Assembly: GCA_038893835.1 (NCBI GenBank)
Contig: JAWAQR010000005.1
Span: 1-58,896 of the forward strand
DNA length: 58,896 nucleotides
Direction of reading: 5' to 3'
From: Archaeoglobaceae archaeon
GTDB taxonomy: Archaea > Halobacteriota > Archaeoglobi > Archaeoglobales > Archaeoglobaceae
The notes under the pieces are model-generated. The model was not told the origin of the DNA, did no database searches, and saw only the letters and a list, made by a program, of their open reading frames with translations. How positions within the stretch are numbered: the first letter of the stretch is position 1; every line of letters begins with the position of its first letter. This document shows, in pieces, positions 53,762-58,896 of this stretch. Position numbers and translations under genes: made by a program.

Positions 53762-55047
53762 ATTCCGAACTTCAAACCTTTTATGGGTAGCCTCCCCTTC
53801 TTCATCTTTTTCATCACGTTCTTAACCGTTTCGTAGTATTTCAACAACTCTCTCACTTCTTGCTGTGAAGTTCCACTTCCTATCGCTATTCTTCTTATTC
53901 TGGAACTATCTATTATCTTGGGATTCAGCATCTCTTCCTCTGTCATGGAATCCATTATCACCTTGAACTTCTTCATCTTTTCCTCTGTCATCTCAACAAC
54001 TTCATCTCCAACTTTCAATCCAAGCATCGGTATCATATCCAAAATCTTTCTTATTGGCCCAAGTTTGTTCATGGCCTCTATCTGCTTGTATATGTCTTTT
54101 AATGTAAAAGTTCCTTTTAAAAAGACCTCTGCATCCAATTTCTCCTCTTTGGTAACTCTTTCAATTTTCTCCATCAAACTCTTCAAATCCCCCATTCCAA
54201 GCAATCTCGAAATAAAACTTTTTGGATCGAATTTTTCGAAGTCTTCAATCTTTTCCCCAGTGCCGATGAAGGCAATCGGAATTCCTATTTCTCTAGCTGC
54301 TGAAAGAGCTCCCCCTCCTTTTGCTGTTCCATCGAACTTCGTTATTATTATTCCATTTATCCCTATAGCTTCATGAAAAGCTTTTGCCTGTTTACTTGCA
54401 AGCTGCCCCATTGCAGCATCTAGAACCAGGAATTTGTAATCTGGATTTGCAACTCTTGCAATTGCGATCATCTCTTCTATCAACTCCTTTTCAAGTGCAT
54501 GTCTTCCAGCTGTATCGATTATTATGATGTCTTCTTTTGCAACTTCTAGAGCTTTTTTAACAATCTCCACAGCATCTAATCCTTTGTAGCCATAAAAGGC
54601 GATGGAATTCGCTTCTGCTAGCTGTTTTAATTGCTCAAAAGCTGCCGGTCTCCAAGTGTCTGCTGCTACAACTGCTGTTTTTAGACCTCTATCTTTGAAG
54701 TATTTTGCAATCTTTACAGCAGTCGTCGTCTTCCCACTTCCTTGAAGGCCTACTAGCATGATCTTGGACTTCTTCAATGGAATCTCAATTCCTTCTCCAA
54801 CACCCTTCAGAAGTTCTTCATAGACTATCTTTAAAACATGCTCTCTGGCATCGAAGTATTCTAGAACTTCCTCGCTTAAAGCTCTCTTTTTTATCGCCTC
54901 ACTTATTTCCTTTACCTGCTTGACGTTGACGTCAGCTTTTATCAATGCCCTCTGAATGTCTCTAACCATTTCTTCCACGAACTTCTTATCAATGCTCGTT
55001 GATCCAATTATTTTACGGGCTATTTCTTTCAAAGCATCTAATGCCAT
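53758..55047 (-). CDS. srp54: Signal recognition particle protein Srp54
   Basis: GLQGSGKTT, DTAGRH, TKFDGTAKGGG and M-domain SRIRRIAIGSG motifs. Confidence 0.96.
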   Translation of the reverse strand: MALDALKEIARKIIGSTSIDKKFVEEMVRDIQRALIKADVNVKQVKEISEAIKKRALSEEVLEYFDAREHVLKIVYEELLKGVGEGIEIPLKKSKIMLVGLQGSGKTTTAVKIAKYFKDRGLKTAVVAADTWRPAAFEQLKQLAEANSIAFYGYKGLDAVEIVKKALEVAKEDIIIIDTAGRHALEKELIEEMIAIARVANPDYKFLVLDAAMGQLASKQAKAFHEAIGINGIIITKFDGTAKGGGALSAAREIGIPIAFIGTGEKIEDFEKFDPKSFISRLLGMGDLKSLMEKIERVTKEEKLDAEVFLKGTFTLKDIYKQIEAMNKLGPIRKILDMIPMLGLKVGDEVVEMTEEKMKKFKVIMDSMTEEEMLNPKIIDSSRIRRIAIGSGTSQQEVRELLKYYETVKNVMKKMKKGRLPIKGLKFGI

Positions 55048-55111
55048 TGGATTTAGTTCCCTCTAAGGGTATAAAAATTGTGCACCTTTGTCAAAAATTC
55101 TAAGAGAACTT

Positions 55112-55657
55112 TTATACCAAGTTTTTCATACAGCTTTTCTCTAAGATTCCCAGTGTAGATAATCCTTCTTCTATCTAGCTCCCCCATTAGCGCACGACTA
55201 GGTCCGTTAGGTTCCCTCTTCCCCGTATCTTTAATACTTCAACTCCGATTTCTATGAGTTCCGAAATCTCCATTGCAAGTGTGAATCTTTTGAACTATTG
55301 GATCATCAAGGTAGAGACATTGTCTATAGCATCCACATCTCTTTTGGGTTACCAAAGATTTTTCCAACAACCATTCCATCTGAATCTACGAGCTCTATTC
55401 TTTTAAAAGCCCTTGCGAAGTAGCTGAAAAAGTTACATAGCATGTAGTACTGTTCACAAGTGTTTCCGTCTTCAAGTCAAGTTTATGCGCATAATCGTTG
55501 AGAATTCGGATCTTTCAAAATCTCTTCTCAACTCTGTGCTAAAAACGATCGTGATCGCATCCACTTCTTCTGCTAAAACCTAGTGCTCCAACAAAAACTG
55601 TCCGCTCCGGAATTTAAAACAGCTTTTACCTCTTCCTGGTGCTAAAAGCTCAACCAT
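55112..55657 (-). pseudogene. Heavily degraded U32 peptidase-family gene
   Basis: Fragments in shifting frames: MVELLAPG, VKAVLNSGAD, VGALGFSRR and EISELIEIGVEVLKIRGR match the U32 ELLAPAG / GADAVY.G..F..R / GV..LKIEGR motifs. Confidence 0.7.
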
Positions 55658-55676
55658 AAAACCTAAAAATAAAAAA

Positions 55677-57353
55677 TTAATCTTTTGGCTTGTAAAGTTT
55701 CTTCGCTATCTCTTTGAGCTCCCTCCTTAACAATTTCCCTGTTAGATGCCTTGGTAACTGCTCAACAAATATTATATCTCTCGGTAACTTATAAACAGCG
55801 AGATTCGCCTTCAAATGTTCATAGATGTTTTTCTTCATCTCTTCATCTGCATTGAAGCCCTTCTTAAGAACTACGAAGGCTACAACGTCTTCACCCCTCA
55901 CTGGATGTGGAACTCCAACGACACCTGCATCATCCACTGCAGGATGGCTCAGAATTGCAACCTCTACTTCATCGGCGCCAATTCTGTATCCCGAGCTCTT
56001 TATTATATCTTCTCCCTTCCCTGCAAACCATATGTATCCTTCTTCATCGAAGTAAGCTAGATCACCAAGTGCAACCGACTTTTGAAGGACGTCTTTTTGC
56101 ATTTTCTTCAACAATTTTCCATCCTCAGCATAAGGATTCCAGTAAACGGTTCCACAAGGAGCCTTTATTAGCAGTAAACCTGGCTTGTTTGGCTCCTTTA
56201 TTGGTGTCAATGTTTCAGGATCTAGAATCGTCACTTCAACTCCGGGTACTGGCATTCCAATGGATCCAGGCTTGGGCTTTGGTGCTACTGCATTGGAGAT
56301 GGTAATATAGAACAACTCAGTTGCCCCAAATCCTTCCGCGATCATATAGCCGGTTTTTTCATACCAAGCCTTTATCGTGTCGGCTCCGAAAGCTTCACCG
56401 CCACCTGTGAAGAGTCTCATGGAGCTTATGTCATACTTTTCCATAAGCTGCGTTACAACTGGAAGCGTTTTTCTATACCAAGTTGGTGCCATGGAAAGCA
56501 CAGTAACTCCATGCTTTTCTATCATGGAAAAAACGTAATCAGGCTCTGGCTGGCGCATTAGGGAAACTGCGCTGCCAAAGTAATATGGAATCATCGCAAG
56601 TCCACCATAGCCAAGGGCGAAGCTTATTGGTGCAGCGCTGCCAAGAACATCGTTTTCCGTGAGCTTCCAAACATATTTTCCAACGTTTATAATCGTGTTT
56701 AGAACACCTGGAAGGAAGTGTATGACTCCCTTAGGCAAACCAGTAGTTCCGGAAGTGTATAGTAGCACTGCAGGCGCATCTTTATCCACTTTGACGGGAT
56801 TGAACTTCTTATCTCCCTCTTTTACCAGCTTTTCGAAGCTTAAATAACCTTTCTCTTCAGCCAGTTTCTCATCTCCTACAAGAATTATGTTTTTCAGGAA
56901 TTTTAGATCCTCTTTCACTTCTTCTATCTCCTTCAGCAAAGCCGGCTGTGTAAATACGAATTTTGCCCCACTGTCGTTAAGAACGTGCAAAACCTCCTTT
57001 TTGCTCCATCTCGGATGCAAGGTTACCGGAATCGCTCCAGCTTTTATTATAGCAAAGTTGGATATGACAGCTTCAGGAATATTTGCAAACCTGATCGCAA
57101 CTCTGTCCATTGGTTCAACGCCAAGTTCAACGAGCTTTGAAGCAACTCTATTGGACAACTCAGAAACTTCTCTATATGTGAACTTCTTGTCCTCAAAGAA
57201 GATTGCAACTCTGTTCCTATTCTTTACAGCGTTCTTGTCTATTATCTCCTCAGCAAGATTTAGCTTTTGTGGAAGATTCTCGTAGAGTTCTCTTGAAACC
57301 TTGAATTCTGGCCACAACTCCTTTGGGGGTAAGTAGTTCTCTATCTTCATCAT
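55677..57353 (-). CDS. Acyl/aryl-CoA ligase (2-aminobenzoate-CoA ligase-like)
   Basis: N-terminal NYLPPKELWPEF...LNLAEE, YTSGTTGLPKG, GFGATE, IKSSGYRIG and TGKLLRREL motifs. Confidence 0.82.
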   Translation of the reverse strand: MMKIENYLPPKELWPEFKVSRELYENLPQKLNLAEEIIDKNAVKNRNRVAIFFEDKKFTYREVSELSNRVASKLVELGVEPMDRVAIRFANIPEAVISNFAIIKAGAIPVTLHPRWSKKEVLHVLNDSGAKFVFTQPALLKEIEEVKEDLKFLKNIILVGDEKLAEEKGYLSFEKLVKEGDKKFNPVKVDKDAPAVLLYTSGTTGLPKGVIHFLPGVLNTIINVGKYVWKLTENDVLGSAAPISFALGYGGLAMIPYYFGSAVSLMRQPEPDYVFSMIEKHGVTVLSMAPTWYRKTLPVVTQLMEKYDISSMRLFTGGGEAFGADTIKAWYEKTGYMIAEGFGATELFYITISNAVAPKPKPGSIGMPVPGVEVTILDPETLTPIKEPNKPGLLLIKAPCGTVYWNPYAEDGKLLKKMQKDVLQKSVALGDLAYFDEEGYIWFAGKGEDIIKSSGYRIGADEVEVAILSHPAVDDAGVVGVPHPVRGEDVVAFVVLKKGFNADEEMKKNIYEHLKANLAVYKLPRDIIFVEQLPRHLTGKLLRRELKEIAKKLYKPKD

Positions 57354-57445
57354 CCTTCATTTTCTATTTTTAGAGTATAAAGTTTTTTCGATTTATTCTA
57401 ATCAAAAACCGCAAAAATCATATATTTAAGTTTGATGGGAAAGTT

Positions 57446-58896
57446 ATGGAGTTACTCTGGAAACCGTCTGAGGAAGTTGTGAAAAAAGCGAACATTACGA
57501 GGTTCATAGATTACGTTAATCGAAGATTTGGGACAGAGCTAAGAGATTACTGGGACTTATACAGGTGGTCTATAGAAAACGTTTCAGAATTCTGGGCATC
57601 TATCTGGGATTTTTGTGGAATCATATATTCCCAGAAGTTCACAAAAGTCGTTGATGATCTCAATAAATTCCCAGGAGCGAAGTGGTTTGTCAACGCTAAA
57701 CTCAATTTTGCCGAAAATCTTTTGAAGCACAGAGAAGGTATAGCTTTTGTTTTTAGAAATGAGGCCGGAATTAAAAGAACGCTGAGCTATCAGGAGCTAA
57801 GAAAAGAAGTGGCTTATATTTCCAACGCTCTTAGAGAGCTCGGAATTAAGCCAGGAGATAGGGTTTGTGCCTACATGCCAAACATTCCAGAAACTTGTAT
57901 AGCGATGCTTGCAACCACCAGCATTGGTGCAGTCTGGAGCTCTTGTGGAACAGAACTTGGAGCTAATGCTGTGGTCGACAGGATTGGTCAGCTGGAGCCG
58001 AGGGTTTTGTTCACCGTCGATGGATATCTGTATAAGGGGAAAGGTTATGACTTCACATCTAATGTGGCAGAAGTTGTAAAATCGATTCCATCACTGGAGA
58101 AGGTTGTAGTTTTCCCATACATGAAAAAGGAGCCGGATTTGTCTCAAATTCCAAATGCAGAGTTATGGAAAGAATTTGCATCGGAGAATGAAGAGCTGAA
58201 GTTCGAACAAGTTGAAGCCAATGAGCCATTGTATATAATGTTCAGCTCGGGAACGACCGGGAAGCCGAAATGCATGGTTCAATCTGTTGGTGGAGTCCTT
58301 GCAAATCATTTAAAGGAGCTCATTCTGCACACGGATTTGAAAAAGGGAGAAGTTATAAGCTACATAACTTCCCCAAGCTGGATGATGTGGAACTGGCTAA
58401 TGAGCTCTTTAGCCGTTGGAGCTACGATTGCAATCTATGATGGCAACCCTCTTTTCCCCGACTGGAGAACGATGTTCAGAATGATCGATGAGATCGGAAT
58501 AAACATCTTCGGCTGCTCTGCCAGTTACATCTATGCCCTAATGAACTCGAATGCAAGGCCTAAAGAAGAGTTTGGGCTAAAATCTCTTAGAGAAATATCT
58601 CAAACTGGATCTCCATTGTCTGCAGATGGATTTAAGTGGGTTTATGAAAACATAAAATCAGACCTCTGGTTCAATTCGATTTCTGGTGGCACTGACATCA
58701 ACGGCTGCTTCTGCGCTGGCTCTCCAACGCTTCCAGTTTATGCTGGACAACTACAAGCTCCAGCTTTGGGAATGAAAATAGCCTGTTACGATGAAAACGG
58801 AAATCCGATTTACGATCAGCCAGGAGAACTAGTTTGTGAGATGCCATCTCCATCGATGCCTATATACTTCTGGGGGGATAAGGAATTTCAGAAGTA
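57446..58896 (+). CDS. Acetoacetate-CoA ligase, 3'-truncated by the window edge
   Basis: Not in ORF track (no stop in window). MELLWKPSEEVVKKANITRF, WFVNAKLNFAENLL, YIMFSSGTTGKPKCMV, SPSWMMWNWL and SISGGTDI motifs. Confidence 0.88.
   Translation, partial: MELLWKPSEEVVKKANITRFIDYVNRRFGTELRDYWDLYRWSIENVSEFWASIWDFCGIIYSQKFTKVVDDLNKFPGAKWFVNAKLNFAENLLKHREGIAFVFRNEAGIKRTLSYQELRKEVAYISNALRELGIKPGDRVCAYMPNIPETCIAMLATTSIGAVWSSCGTELGANAVVDRIGQLEPRVLFTVDGYLYKGKGYDFTSNVAEVVKSIPSLEKVVVFPYMKKEPDLSQIPNAELWKEFASENEELKFEQVEANEPLYIMFSSGTTGKPKCMVQSVGGVLANHLKELILHTDLKKGEVISYITSPSWMMWNWLMSSLAVGATIAIYDGNPLFPDWRTMFRMIDEIGINIFGCSASYIYALMNSNARPKEEFGLKSLREISQTGSPLSADGFKWVYENIKSDLWFNSISGGTDINGCFCAGSPTLPVYAGQLQAPALGMKIACYDENGNPIYDQPGELVCEMPSPSMPIYFWGDKEFQK

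Overview
Archaeal chromosomal window, very probably Archaeoglobaceae, judged from Hel308, the ilvE-ACT-hom-flaK arrangement, an eroded Sua5, CxxxY-type CcmE and AGA/AGG-rich codon usage. The first ~2.8 kb is the 3' end of a type III-B CRISPR-Cas operon (cmr4 partial, cmr5, cmr6, csx1) whose codon usage looks foreign. A decayed HEPN-MNT toxin-antitoxin pair follows, and no CRISPR array is present in the window. Most of the rest is housekeeping: RPA, Sua5, the rpl18e-rpl13-rps9-rpoN-tRNA-Pro-rpoK-eno-rps2 operon, ileS, valS, ccmEF, ilvE/hom, ppsA, nrdJ, hel308, ogt, nadM, tes, rnhB and srp54. The best candidate for an undescribed system is a module of two YeiH-family transporters, a membrane-anchored PAS-PAS-PAS/DUF835/wHTH regulator, an unlisted 53-aa membrane protein and a tandem 12-bp repeat beside the transporter promoter. 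A second accessory module is a Liv-type ABC importer coupled to a probably heterodimeric family III CoA-transferase. Also found: small ORFs missed by the ORF track, a stand-alone NMD3-like mini-protein, an RpoP-like Zn ribbon, a U32 peptidase pseudogene, and an rpoN stop codon inside tRNA-Pro. All calls come from reading motifs by eye; no database searches were run.
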